From Pseudovirgaria hyperparasitica (Eukaryota), in assembly GCA_010093815.1 (NCBI GenBank), contig ML996579.1: 64,000 nt of DNA; one strand, written 5' to 3'. A program made the position numbers and the translations under genes. The first letter of the stretch is position 1. The number at the start of each line of letters is the position of its first letter. This document shows, piece after piece, positions 13,528 to 25,811 of the stretch. A model generated the notes under the pieces. The model made no database searches and was not told the origin of the DNA. It worked only from the letters and a program-made list of their open reading frames with translations.

Positions 13528-15040
13528 ATGACAAAGCCTCGTCTAGGCCATAAAAAGTCTCGAAATGGATGCATGCAATGCAAAAAGCGCCGAGTCAAGG
13601 TAGGTCTAGAGAAATGCATGTACGTGTAGAGTCTGACTGACCTTGTCACAGTGTGATGAGCAAAAGCCCTGTGGTCACTGACACAACGCCGATTGTTCAT
13701 TGCTGTACCATGATCCAAGGAAGAGTAGTGATGGAGGCAGCCCGCGACGCAGATCTCAAGTACGTATCACGATTATAGTCAGTAACTTGAGTTTGACTGG
13801 TATGATACAGGTCCGCATTCTACCAAGTATCGCAAGATCTCCAGCTTCATCCAGTGAAACATGTGTGAGTGAGACGAGTTCACTGTCTCCTCCACAACAC
13901 CCATATCAAATGATCGATTCTCAAGCAATATCGAGTCCGCTATTCTCAAGTCCCTTCATAGACTTCGACAACCTCACATTCGATCACAACCCTACAGGCT
14001 GGATTGATGACCTCGAACTTCTGCACCATTACACAGCATTCACTAGTGCAACTCTTGTACAGAGCACAAGTCGATTGCATGTCTTCCAAGTAGCACTTCC
14101 ACAGCTTGCATTTTCGCACGAATATTTGATGCATGGTCTGTACAAGTAACACCCCTTGCTCTCGTAGGGAATTATTTAAGACTCACAACTCCAGGTATCC
14201 TTGCGCTTTCGGCTCTTCATCTAGCATACAGATGTCCTGGAAGACGCAACGAATACACCCTGATGGCCACTTACCACGAGCAGATTGCACTTGGAGAGTT
14301 CCGTGCAGCGCTATCTCAAGTCACGTAAGAACATGTCTTACGAATGAAAACATGCAGAGGATCAGTACTGAATTCCTCATAGCCAAGATAACTGCCACGC
14401 CCTTCTTGCCCTCGGTGCTCTCCTCGCCATCATGCCTTTCGCAAGCACGGCCTCCCAACGCTCCCTAATCCCAATAATCCCAAGCATGGACGAAATCGCG
14501 CAATCGTTTCACCTCATCCAAGGGATCAAGAACATCCTGCAATCACCATCAGCCATTGGCATCGTACAAAATGGACCCCTAGGTCCGCTACTTCGATGCG
14601 GGTCGCCTGTTGCGCCAGGCACGCTAGGCGGCGCCTTCGCAGAATCACTAGACAAACTCGAACATCTGAACAACGGAGGTATTGTCTGTAAGTCAATGCC
14701 GGCAGACCACATCGCTTGCAAAGGTGCGATAGCGGGTCTGAGGCAGACATACGCGTTGATCCGTGCAGAAGACGTGGTGAGGGAGTTTGCCGTCTGGACT
14801 TGGCCGTCACTCGTGCCAGCGCGATTCCTTGATTTGATCAGGCAGAGGCATCCGATGGCACTGGTTATTCTGGCTCATTTTGGCGTTCTGTCGAATCTGT
14901 TTGTGAACTCCTGGTTTCTTCGGGGCTGGGGTGCGTGTGTGCTTCAAGGGGTGGTAGGAGAATTGGATGCAGCGGGACTAGGGATGAGAAGATGGGTCGA
15001 TGAACCAATAAGGTGGCTCAGACAGGGTGTATCATTGTGA
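13528..15040 (+). pseudogene. UPC2-like Zn(II)2Cys6 transcription factor with premature TGA in the zinc cluster
   Basis: MTKPRLGHKKSRNGCMQCKKRRVK, intron 13600-13651, then CDEQKPCGH*HNADCSLL (TGA 13679-13681). Further introns 13760-13810, 14136-14194, 14325-14382. Downstream DLELLHHY, HEYLMHGILALSALHL and ALVILAHF are intact. Confidence 0.8.
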
Positions 15041-15806
15041 AAGTTCCAGCTTCTTTGTCCTGTGTGTTAGCGTTGTTGGAGGTTGTCTAAGGGTGGTCTG
15101 CAAGTTCTTCGTCTTGAGCGTGGCATTGGAGGCGTTGTACTGAGCAATAGATCTGTGGACAACTCACAGCTATTACGAAGAATCTCATATATGCTTGTAT
15201 GTCCTCGATGTCTGAGCTGGCACCCAGGCGAATCAAAGCCGTATCCAGACATCAAGCAGCTCGGACCTTCTGCCCCTATTCGCCCATGATCAAAATACGC
15301 GAAAACATACTTTCCAGCATATACATACCATTTCTTCCACTCCTTAACATCCAGAATCCTGAATTCCCTCTCAACCGCCTCACCTATAACTTCCATCTAG
15401 CAGAACCCCGCACACTGTCCACCAACCACGAGTCCCATCAGACCGCCCACCAAGCATAGCCCTGCCCAGCTTCCTGCCAAGCTCATAAGATCCTTCCGCC
15501 CCCAAGTCCCACTTCGAAGACGTCCGGCAACGACCGCCCCTGCTCTCCGGCATCCGTGGACACCGGCACCGTCCATTTCCAAGATATTCAAAGCCCGCGC
15601 AAAGCATCTCTTCCACAAACTCCGAGTCTGGCCAGTCTGCTGACCAATACCCCTCTGCATCACAGGCTTCACAGCTCTTACGCACAAAAAAAACCACCAC
15701 TTTCCTATATCAGAATCAGTGATACGATCTTAAAACAATAGCCAGTAATTCCGTAAGCATCAGACACACACCAACAACACCAGAGCTACAAACGCATGGC
15801 CAATGC

Positions 15807-15837
15807 CATACATACATACGTACATACATACATACAT
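15807..15837 (+). repeat. Imperfect (CATA)n microsatellite
   Basis: catacatacatacgtacatacatacatacat. Confidence 0.8.
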
Positions 15838-16624
15838 ATCATGCACGCCCTCAGCGGCCCGCCGCCAGCTAGCTAGCTCAGGCCTCCCAGTCCCCACTTA
15901 GTCCATCCACCCCATGTAAAGGCCAATTTTCAATAGAACGATTGGTCCAATCGTCTAAGAGCCTATACTGAGTAAGGCCAGATATATATATGCATGGCCA
16001 TGTCAGACGCGGCTATATATAGAACATCTCGGCAGATCTGCTACTACTGTAGTAGCCAAGGGGAGATTGAAAAGGTGGACATTAGTTAGTTGGTGCTTGG
16101 GCTGAGTTCTACTTCTCTCATTTTTTGTTTTCGTAAGGGTGTACCGGTTATGAGCAATCCCCCTTGTTGACATGTGGCTGGGATTTTTCGTTATCGTACA
16201 TTGGCTTGTATGTTGCTATTAAACTAGTACAGATGGCTGTCTTTGGACCATGGAGATTGTTGAGAGCCAAGATTTCTCACCCACATTCGTTTGATACATA
16301 GTTGACCTCCAGACTTGTACGGCATTGAATTCACTATGCACACGAAAATTGCAAGGCTTCGAAATAACGAACTGAATTAAATGGATGACATTCTGCTAGA
16401 TATTTCAATGCCTTTCATTGAAACCTTTAGTGGTTCGCTATACATCATCTCGATGCGCTGCTTGATTTGCGCCCCGTCCCAACTCGTTGATATATGGCAC
16501 CGTGGCACCACAATATTCCACATGCAAATACAATACTCCAGACACCCTGCATATTCGAGTCCCTCTTACATGTTTTCATCACTCAGACACACACAAATAC
16601 TTCCATACAGTTCAGAGCGTTCTA

Positions 16625-19600
16625 TCACCCACTCTCCCACTCTGCGAAAACACACCACCTTGCACTCCGATCAGCAAGCACTAGGCCTCTCCATGTGCCC
16701 TTCTCTCCAATCTTAATCACAGTCTCCCATACACTTCCATCGCCACTCTCATGGCTACTGACCATATGCTCGCCCTTTCTGATAAAGCGAATAATCTTGC
16801 CCGTCGGACTCTGGATCGCCAATTTAGCAGGCTTTTGCTGACCAGGCACTGCATTGCCACTTGAAGAACCAGAGGAGTTGCTTGGATGCGAATACTGGCT
16901 CGTTGATGCCGATGTCATTGATAATGCTGAAGTAGGGCGCGCGAAAGGATTCGGCGAAGCGGCGCGCGAATGTGATGTCGCTTGTATGACTTCTGCTCCT
17001 GCGTAGGGTGCAGACGGGTGTTGGCGAACCTGAAACACGAACGTATTATTCAGCGCCAACCTCGCGCATTGCGGTTGCGCAACATAGAGATCGTGGCGCT
17101 GAGCATGAGGGGTCGGATGAATTGTCACAAATTCAAAAGCCGGATTTTGGCCCACATGCGTGAGCGGTAGAGCAAATGCCAGAGAGTGCGGATTTGATTT
17201 GATTGAATGCTGCGGAGTGATGTCAGCCTACGTCCTTCGGTATAGAATCAGAATTGTAGCTACGTACCATTAAGCCTCGCTTTCCGGCGTACACCTTTAG
17301 CACGCCCTGGCCCGCATCACTGGGAAGTAGTGCTTTGATGGTGTATCGCTTCTGACCGCCGACCCAATCTGATTGGGCGAGGGCGCGCTTCTTAACTGTA
17401 TTTCCGTTCTCGAAGTAGTCGCCATCGTTGTCTTGGGAGTAAGCACCGGCTTCGACCTCTGCGACAAATTCAACGTCCTGAGGTACGAAACAATGGATAT
17501 GTGCGAGCTCGAGGTTGTCAAGACTGAGAAGACTTGTGTCAAAGTCGAAGATCTGGAGACTATTCTTGAAGTACGGTGGACAAGCCGCTGGCAGGGCAAG
17601 AAGGACCTCGTGAGATAGAGGTGGGCATATGTGCTGTTGTTCTGGTATAATTGGAATGTGCGTATAGCATATCTCGATGGGTCGAGCGAGGAACCAGAAT
17701 GTTTCTGCCACCTGGGTACTCGCGCTTGAGTATAGGTGTCGTTTCGGGTTTGATGGATTAGCAAGACAACAGTCCATTATGCGCCATTGGCCATCGACGA
17801 TAACAGCATTCCACCAGTGATTAGGTCGCATTGCAGCAGTCATGTCAAGCTCTTCACCCGGTGTTTTGAGGTATCCATTGACTACTTCGGCATGTAGTCC
17901 AACGGCGGAGCACATTTCCATGACCAAAACGGCGGATTCTTCAGCGCATGCCCTCCTAGACTGAATGACACGACGTGAGTCGATGTCACCCACGAAGTCT
18001 TCCTCCCATCCTATCCTCTCACTTACCCAGGTGAATATGGCGCGTAATCGTTGAACGTCACTTCGATAGGGCCTGCATACATGACCTTGTGCAAGACTTC
18101 CAGGATTAGTCATCGGCGGCAGTGATTTAATAAAGCGCACGCTTTTATCAACTAAGCTGAAGTTGACACCTGAGAAGTCAATGGGATCCGATACTGGCAG
18201 ACCATCCAATCCTTCGTCTCCTTCAGCATTCTCGAGGAGTATGTCGACTGGGTTGATGACTGGAACGTCCATCATCTGACATCGTTCAGCCCTTTCTTGT
18301 CTCTCGTTTTTGCTCAGTGAGTTGGAGCGATTCACGTCTCGTCGGACTTGGACCCAATCAGAAGCCCCGCCCAATCCCATGTCGCGTGCTGGGCTTGACA
18401 TACCCGAGGGAATAGAACCGGAGATTCCCTCCAGCCCTCCCAGAATTGACATCGACTTTCCGAGGCGGGATTGTGACCGAGACTGCGATCGAGACTGCGG
18501 TCTACTCGAAGACCCTACAGCAATGGTACTCCTTGCGTTTGCTGCACCAGTCTTTGCAGACTCCACCATTCTTTTGAAAAAGCCACTTCTCTTCTGCTTT
18601 GGCGTTGTAAGACCACCGAACGGACTGCCCGATCCTTGAACATTGGTCTGCCACTGGTCCTGGTTCCCAGATGCATGACTTGAGTGATAGGTGATGCCAG
18701 TAAAAGGGGTCTCAGGCCTACCATCATCAAAAGTCGCTCCACTTCGAGTCTCCATGACGCTCATAGGTCTACCAGTTGCCCACTTTCTACGAGCGAGGCT
18801 ACCAGCACTCGTTGCGCTGAAACCGCCAGCACTCATAATACTTTGCCCTGTCATTTGAGTGCTACTGCTGTTCTGTGTGCTCTTAGAAGCCTCGGTCGAA
18901 CTAGACTTGGTTGTGAATGTCCTACCAAGAACCTCTTTACCAATTTCAACAGCGGACTTGCGATGTCTGAGACGTTTGGACAGACTGCGCGCGAGCCCAC
19001 TTGAGTTTTCCCTTTCCATGGGGCTCACAGGCCTTGCATAAGCTCCACCTTTCGGTGGTGGCTTTGGCGGCTTATCATTTTCCGTACACTGTGTCCCAGA
19101 AGCCTCAGATTGAGCTTCTTCGGCTTGCATCCTGCGTAAACGACTTTCCATACGTCGAACGTAGCTGCTTACATTCCCATCACCTTGGAAATCATTGTTC
19201 ACATAGCGTCCCTCAATCTCCTCGTCTTCCCGTTCTCCAATCCCAAGTGAAGTCTGAGCTCTGAACTTCTGTGGTCTCGTTGTGTGTAAGTCTTCGAAGG
19301 CTTCTGGAGACCAAATGCCAGGCGCAGGTTTGGCACTGTCGCGAGAAGTTGTCTCTCTAGGCATTTCCATACCATCAAGTGATGCCATGACGTCGTTCAT
19401 CGCGTTTGTGAGCGGCGAAGGTGTCATATTCGTTGGACGAGGAGATGGAGGCTCTGGGGTGTGGTAACCGTTTGTGGAGGCGTTGTGCTCCGGGTGCATT
19501 GGAGATGGTGCTCGACTGGTCGTATTTAAAACTCGGTGCGGTGGAGGAGGCGGCGGTGGAGGAGAGGCTTCAATGTCTTCGCGGCTATTATATGGAGCTG

Positions 19601-20458
19601 GTGAAGGTCCTCGTGAGTATGCTTGATATTGCGATTGGGGTGCGGGCGAGGGGCCTCGCGAGTAAGCTATGTATTGTGATGGTGGAGCCGGTGATGGGCC
19701 GCGAGAGTAGTCGAAGTGCTCAACTGGGGGAGCTGGTGATGGGCCCCGAGAGTAGTTGAGATGTTGAACTAGAGGTGCCGGAGAGGACACTCTTGAATAT
19801 GAATTGTTGCGAAGAGGAGTAGGGGAATGTGCCCTGGTTCTTGACCCTCTATATGCGAGATTTGCGGGAGATCTTGTAGAATTATTGCTATTGGAATGAG
19901 CGAGTGGGCTGGGAGATATATTGCGGCCTTCATTTGATATCCGCTTCATGGCAGAGTATGGACGGTGCGTGTTTATGCTGCCCGTAGGGGTCAAATTGGG
20001 TGAGCCTCCGCTATCCCTTGATATCTTCCTTGCTGCAGCCTCCGGGTTCGGTTGGCTAGCTGCGTGATATGCTTGAAACGGTTTCCTGAATACGCTCTTA
20101 GACTTTTGTGGCGATGGCTTGGTCAAACTTCCAGCAGGGCTTTGCATGGGCGGTAGGGGACTTGGGCTTCGGTTCACAGGATCATAATTCTCGAGGACCT
20201 GGACAAAGTTCGATGGGAATAGGCCAACCATGCGCTTATCTCGTTTCAGCCTCCCCATCCACCATGATCCATCACCTGCATTGAGGCACTCTATCATGTC
20301 TCCTTCGATGAAGCCTAGGTCGCGCTTGGTCTACGGAGAGTTCAAATTAGCATGGGCTCAGCTTTCGTGTACCGGGCGCATACTTCTCCTCCCCACGAAT
20401 ATACCGCTTTACACCAGCAAGGGAATTTTGTCGGAAGACCAGGCGCAGGTGGCGCCAT
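16625..20458 (-). CDS. CYK3: Cytokinesis protein 3 (SH3 plus transglutaminase-like domain)
   Basis: ATG 20458 MAPPAPGLPTKFPCWCKAVYSWGGE, intron ~20383-20331, SH3 (DLGFIEGDMIECLNAGDGSWW..GLFPSNFV), YSRGPSPAP repeats, RLRAIFTWV..NHWWNAVIVDGQWRIMD. A last intron near 17268 joins HSIKSNPH..WCVFAEWESG*. Confidence 0.93.
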
Positions 20459-21079
20459 GGCTGTATAGAGATGTGGAAAACGAGTGTGAACGTCTGAAGG
20501 CGCGCGTAAACACGCGATGGGGCGTGCAGGTCGAGTTCATACAAATGCGAAGCGTAAAGTTAACGTAGAGATGTTGCGATAGGATATGACGAAAAGAGAA
20601 AGTGAGCGACGACAAGTACGATGCGTGAATGATCGAGTCTAGCAAGATGCTCTGAGGTCACCAACCCTGACGATGAAATTCCAGGGCCCGGAATGTTTGG
20701 CGCGCAACGCCACGTTGGGTTGGCTTAGCAACTGCCGCCAAGCAATTCGTTATCGATAACAACTAACAGCCGGGGCGGCATCGTGTCGTCGTGCCTGCCA
20801 ACAATTGATATACATATACCTAGTAGGTGCGTACGTCTAGGGCATTAGCATGCTGTCAAGTAGTGGAAATTCCACAGTTCATTCAATCGAAACCTCGAGA
20901 CGCACCTGAGAGACGGAGGTATATGTACCGTGATAGGAGACCCACCGCCAAGACGCCTTCACACATCGGATCTGCCCCACCATATTCCGACGTCCTATCA
21001 CCTCCGGAACATTCTGTCCGCCCACGGGAATGCACTCCGCGAGGCACGACCCATCTCCAAAACCCTTTCAGATTGTACT

Positions 21080-22893
21080 ATGACGTCGACGAAGAGAAAG
21101 ACTAGCAAGCCGAAGAGGCCATGGCAAGACGTTGCGCATGAGGCGCAGCAATACCGTGACAGGACTGTTGCGGCTGTCAGGCCAGAACTCCCTGCACTCC
21201 CTAGCCCCTTACCCAGGAATGTCATGGCCATTCCCGGACAGATCTTGAGTCAACGTGAACTGTATATCACGTCTTTGTCTGTATCCTGTCTTCTTGATGC
21301 GCTCGCTGGTCGAGGAGTTGAACGTATCACGGCTGTGGATGTCATTAATGCATTCCTGAGGCGCGCAGCCCTAGCACAAAGACTGGTGGGTTTGCCTCAA
21401 TCTCCCACTGTTCATTGGACTTTCACAATTTGTGGAATACCACTGTCTCCTCTTACTGAAGCTTGATGTGAAAGACGAATTGTGTCACTGAATTGTTGAC
21501 CACCCGTGCCTTGGGCCGCGCCAAAGAGCTTGATGACTATTTCGAGAAGCACGGCAAAACAGTTGGCCCGCTCCATGGCTTACCCATCTCCGTGAAAGAG
21601 CAGATCGGGATGGCAGGTCTCGGGCTCAATGCATCCTTCGTAGCTCTCTGGGATAAAGTAGCAACTGAGGATGCACACGTCCTCCAGATCCTGCACAATG
21701 CTGGTGCCATCTTTCATGCTCGAACAGCCGAACCTCAAACGATGATGCATTTAGAGACAAGCTCGAACCTCTACGGTCGCACTGTAAATCCGTACAATAG
21801 TGATCTTTCATCTGGGGGAAGTTCTGGTGGTGAAGGTGCATTAGGCGGTCTTGGAGGCACTGTCCTCGGTCTTGGTTCCGATGTAGGAGGTGATTGTGCA
21901 GCTCTACTATGAATTAGCACCGTGAGATCTGACATCCTCTTAGGGAGCATCCGATCCCCAGCGGCCAACAATGGCATCTATGGCCTGCGCCCAAGCGCTT
22001 TTCGCGTTCCCACCGACGGCTGGTCCTCTGTTGCTTGTGGCGTCGATGAAATTGCCACCGTCATTGGCCCGCTCTCATCATCCCTCTCTGGCATTGAAAT
22101 TCTCATGCAGACTGTCCTCTCCGCTCGGCCCTGGCTTACTGAGCCGGCACTTATCCCCATGCCCTGGACGCCATTCGCCATTACCGGCCCCCTTAAGATC
22201 GCAATCATGTGGCACGACGACGTCGTCCTGCCACACCCACCGATCACACGCGTCCTCAAAAGCATGGCCTCTGCGATGCAAGCCTTAGAGAACGTGACAG
22301 TGGTCGACTGGAAACCGTACCTACATGACGAAGCATGGGCAATCGTATCAACGCTATACTACCCGGACGGTGGCGTTGAAGACATCGATATGCTTGAGTC
22401 TGCCGACGAGCCCATACTACCCCTCACGAGATGGATCATCCAGGATAATCCCTGTGTCAGGGAGCTCTCAATGCAAGAGCTGAACTATTGGAAAGAGGAG
22501 CGCGAAGCATACCGCAAAGAATATGCACAGTATTGGCACGCCACATCACAATCAGACAGCGGCGAGGTCGATGTCATACTCTGCCCCGTCGGCCCTGGAT
22601 GTGCGCCAAAACATGAGACTGCGAAGTACTGGGGATATACAAGTCAGTGGAACTTACTGGATTATCCTGCAGTGGTGTTTCCGGTTGGGAAAGCAAATAG
22701 AGAGGCTGATGAGAAGAAAAGGGATGCGCAATGGCTCTCCGGGCAGGATAAGATGAATTGGGACCTGTACGAGCCGGAGACGTTTGATGGGGTGCCAATT
22801 AGTCTACAGCTTGTAGCGAGAAGATGTGAAGATGAGAAGCTACTAGCGGTTGCAAAGTGGTTGCAAGAGAAGTTGGAATTTCCGTTCAGATGA
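21080..22893 (+). CDS. Amidase-signature family enzyme (acetamidase-like)
   Basis: Introns 21386-21474 and 21890-21943 join three track ORFs. Motifs GPLHGLPISVKE, GGSSGGEG, GSDVGGSIRSP and YTSQWNLLDYP. Confidence 0.93.
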
Positions 22894-23336
22894 TTATGTA
22901 ACTATCGCTTAAGAGTCTACCATGACCAGAGAGAAACCAGTAATCCCATATCTGATCATAGGGGATCTGCTATTTATTGAAAGACGATCATTGTAAAGCT
23001 ATATTCCGATCTGTTGGTTTAGTCTCCACATGTGGAGAAAAGCACCCCATGTCAAACTCCGTAATAGATCATTATTAGTATGTTCCAAGCTGCGTCTGCT
23101 CAATGTCTATCGGAAGCCGCTAGAGATTGTGTGGTGAAAAGACCGATCCCTCACACGAGTCAAGATCACTGTAGCTTCTACGGTAGTCTAGGTTATGTAG
23201 ATTATTTAACACTAAACATATATATATAGCAGTGAGAAGAATGATGGTACAGGATAATTAGAAGAATTTGAGACTGTCGCAAATTTTCCAGTGGCATAAC
23301 GGTGGTGGATTATGCGGAGTTGGAAATACATATTCT

Positions 23337-23640
23337 AGTAAGAACAGTAGAGACAAAAGATAACAGGTAAAAAACGAGAATAATATAGACGTTTCGATTG
23401 TATTATGTATGTATATTATCTAGACTTAGGAGTCTATACTATAGTAACAAGGGTCGAGATAGAAGAGAATAGACGAAAGTCGAGATTTATGTGGAATCTT
23501 CTAATAGTTTGAGACATATACATCACAGAGATAGGAACATATATTATAGTAATAAGGGTAGAGATGAAAGAGAAGAGGAGAAAGTCAGGATTATTACGGA
23601 ATACTTAGATGCTTCAAATATACAGATCAATATTACTACA
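23337..23640 (+). repeat. Degenerate ~105 bp tandem repeat (about 3 units), TpA-rich
   Basis: Units start near 23337, 23443 and 23548; e.g. agtaacaagggtcgagatagaagagaa vs agtaataagggtagagatgaaagagaa. Confidence 0.55.
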
Positions 23641-23803
23641 AACGTGCTGTTAAAGCTCAACGGGCTTTGATTCTGCACAACGCCCTGCCTCTCTAGGCTT
23701 GCTTAGTGCTCGCTGTATTACATGAACGAAAGAATTACAAAGAGGCCCCTCCCATGCATTACAAGCCCGTCTAAAGTGATACTGAGAACTTTGATTCCCA
23801 GCA

Positions 23804-24898
23804 TCATCCTCTCCGCCTGGCCACTCCACTCCCTTCTGATCCTTCTTCCTCCTCCTCTCCTCCAAAGGCCTCCTCGTTCCTCCTCTTTCGAATGGCCAAG
23901 GTGGCCATCCGCCGCCTCACCAACCCAACCTCCAACTTGGCTGTCGCCATGTCGGCACGCTTCCTGTACATTTCGGCCCTGTGGGCCTTGAACGAAACCG
24001 ACCCTGGCGCAAACGTCTCTGCCTTGAGGCCAGCTGACAGGCCGAGGTTCTTGTCTGCCTCTGCCTGCCAGGAGAACTGTTCCTCTTCCAACTTGAGGAT
24101 TCTGTCCATGTCTAAGATGTCATCCTCATCCATGTATTCGTCCAAGCCAGGGAATTCTCGCTCGTGTGTGCCATATTTTCCAGCGCAGTATGTTGGTCCT
24201 AAGGGAAGCGTTGTGGACTGGGATTGACGTATATTGGCGTGGCTGTTTCCCTGTGATGTGTTCCCATATTCCAGGGCTTGGTCATTGTTTTCTTCGTTGT
24301 CATCATCGCCGTCATGGATGGCTATCGTTCCGTCTCCCCTATCGACGCCTCCCTGATCAGCTTCAGTATGGTCCTCCTCATCGCTCTCCTCTTTCTGCTC
24401 ATTATCACTCGACTCCGGAATCGTATCCGGATCATCCTCAGAGTCTTCGCTATGCACCTCTAGCTCTTCATTGGGACCAATACTCGCGTAAATACGATAT
24501 CCCGCTCGTACATCCTCCGGAGAAACGGCGAATTCTCTTGTCTGGATACGTTGGATACCCGCGGGACTGTTCAGTCTGCCCTCATGTTCGAGGCGCTCAA
24601 TTGCGCGTCGAGTAGACCATTGAGCCAAGATCTCTTTCTGTGCGTCATGAGGGACTTCGCATTCTCGTGCAAACTCTAAAAGTGCGTCGAGGAGGACCTT
24701 CGTCCAGTCAGAAGGCGCTAGCACTGGCTTATTTAGCCATTCCTGCTCCGTTCCACTGTAAAGAAGCATTCGATGAGCTTTTCGGGGGGCGGCCTCGTAC
24801 GGGAAGAAATCATGCATGGTGTCGAGATCCCATAGTACGCATAGTCTGTCAATTTGCGCCTGTCGTTCGTCTCTCCTGCGATGCATATATAGAGGCAT
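23804..24898 (-). CDS. Orphan protein A (~364 aa; acidic middle, basic helical C-terminus), paralogue of 25812-26924
   Basis: Long open ORF; first ATG at 24898 (MPLYMH), true start uncertain; colinear motif similarity to the neighbouring divergent gene. Confidence 0.7.
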   Translation of the reverse strand: MPLYMHRRRDERQAQIDRLCVLWDLDTMHDFFPYEAAPRKAHRMLLYSGTEQEWLNKPVLAPSDWTKVLLDALLEFARECEVPHDAQKEILAQWSTRRAIERLEHEGRLNSPAGIQRIQTREFAVSPEDVRAGYRIYASIGPNEELEVHSEDSEDDPDTIPESSDNEQKEESDEEDHTEADQGGVDRGDGTIAIHDGDDDNEENNDQALEYGNTSQGNSHANIRQSQSTTLPLGPTYCAGKYGTHEREFPGLDEYMDEDDILDMDRILKLEEEQFSWQAEADKNLGLSAGLKAETFAPGSVSFKAHRAEMYRKRADMATAKLEVGLVRRRMATLAIRKRRNEEAFGGEEEEEGSEGSGVARRRG

Positions 24899-25811
24899 TT
24901 CAAGAGCTGGATTTGAATGGTGTAGAAGCAGAGCTGAATATACATGTAAGTATCTATGGAACACAAGTTCTCGAAGGAATCGGACACTTAGACTTTCTCA
25001 AAGGAAAATGTTGTTAAAAGACCAGAGCAATGGTAAAGTCTCGGTGATGGCACAGTAATGATGATAATCTATGTTTGATTTAGCAGTGTCGCAGATGAAT
25101 GCATGCTTGAATGGAGCTACCTTACCCGTCTAACAGACTTTTACGGGCGAAAGACAAATTCTAGCACTAGAATTAAGTCGATAGTAACGTGTAGTAGTTG
25201 GCGTTAGCTTAGAGACTATGGACGTCTAGCTGTTAATGTCGAGATATAGATCGTCAAAGTGTCGTTTAAAAGGGCATCTAGACGCGGTTGTAGTCGTGCT
25301 ATAAGGTAACCAGGCCCCTGTTCTGTACACACGTAGATTCAGTTCTCAACACTCGGCTATGCTAGCTTTTCACTCCTTGTTTTCACTGCGCTAGAACTCC
25401 GGATAACTATCCAAGGCACATCATCTGTCACGGTAACCGGGGACATATATTGCCGAGACAGGCTTGCACATATAGAGCTCCATAGCTAGAAATACTCTGC
25501 CTTCCCTCTCTTCTTTTTCCTTGTCTTCAACACTCGTCTGAAACTCTTAGTATCAATAAGTGGACTTCTTTGTTTACTTAAGAGGAATACTTCTTCTCCT
25601 TGTCTTTCTTTCCCACTCTATGCCTTCACGGCATACCTGAGTTCCTGAGGTTGCGAATACATATACTTTCCCCTCTGTTTACTGGTGCTCTTCATAACAT
25701 ACCTGGTGCTCCCATTGTGGATATAGTGCTACCAGTTACCATATTATCCTCCGAAAGTCACTGCTCGATCTCACACAGCAAAACACTTTGTAACGTATTC
25801 ACGGCTTCGAA

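Noticed and set aside
13679..13681. TGA as selenocysteine or programmed readthrough
   Set aside because: Cys5-Cys6 spacing would still be two residues short, and ascomycetes lack Sec machinery.
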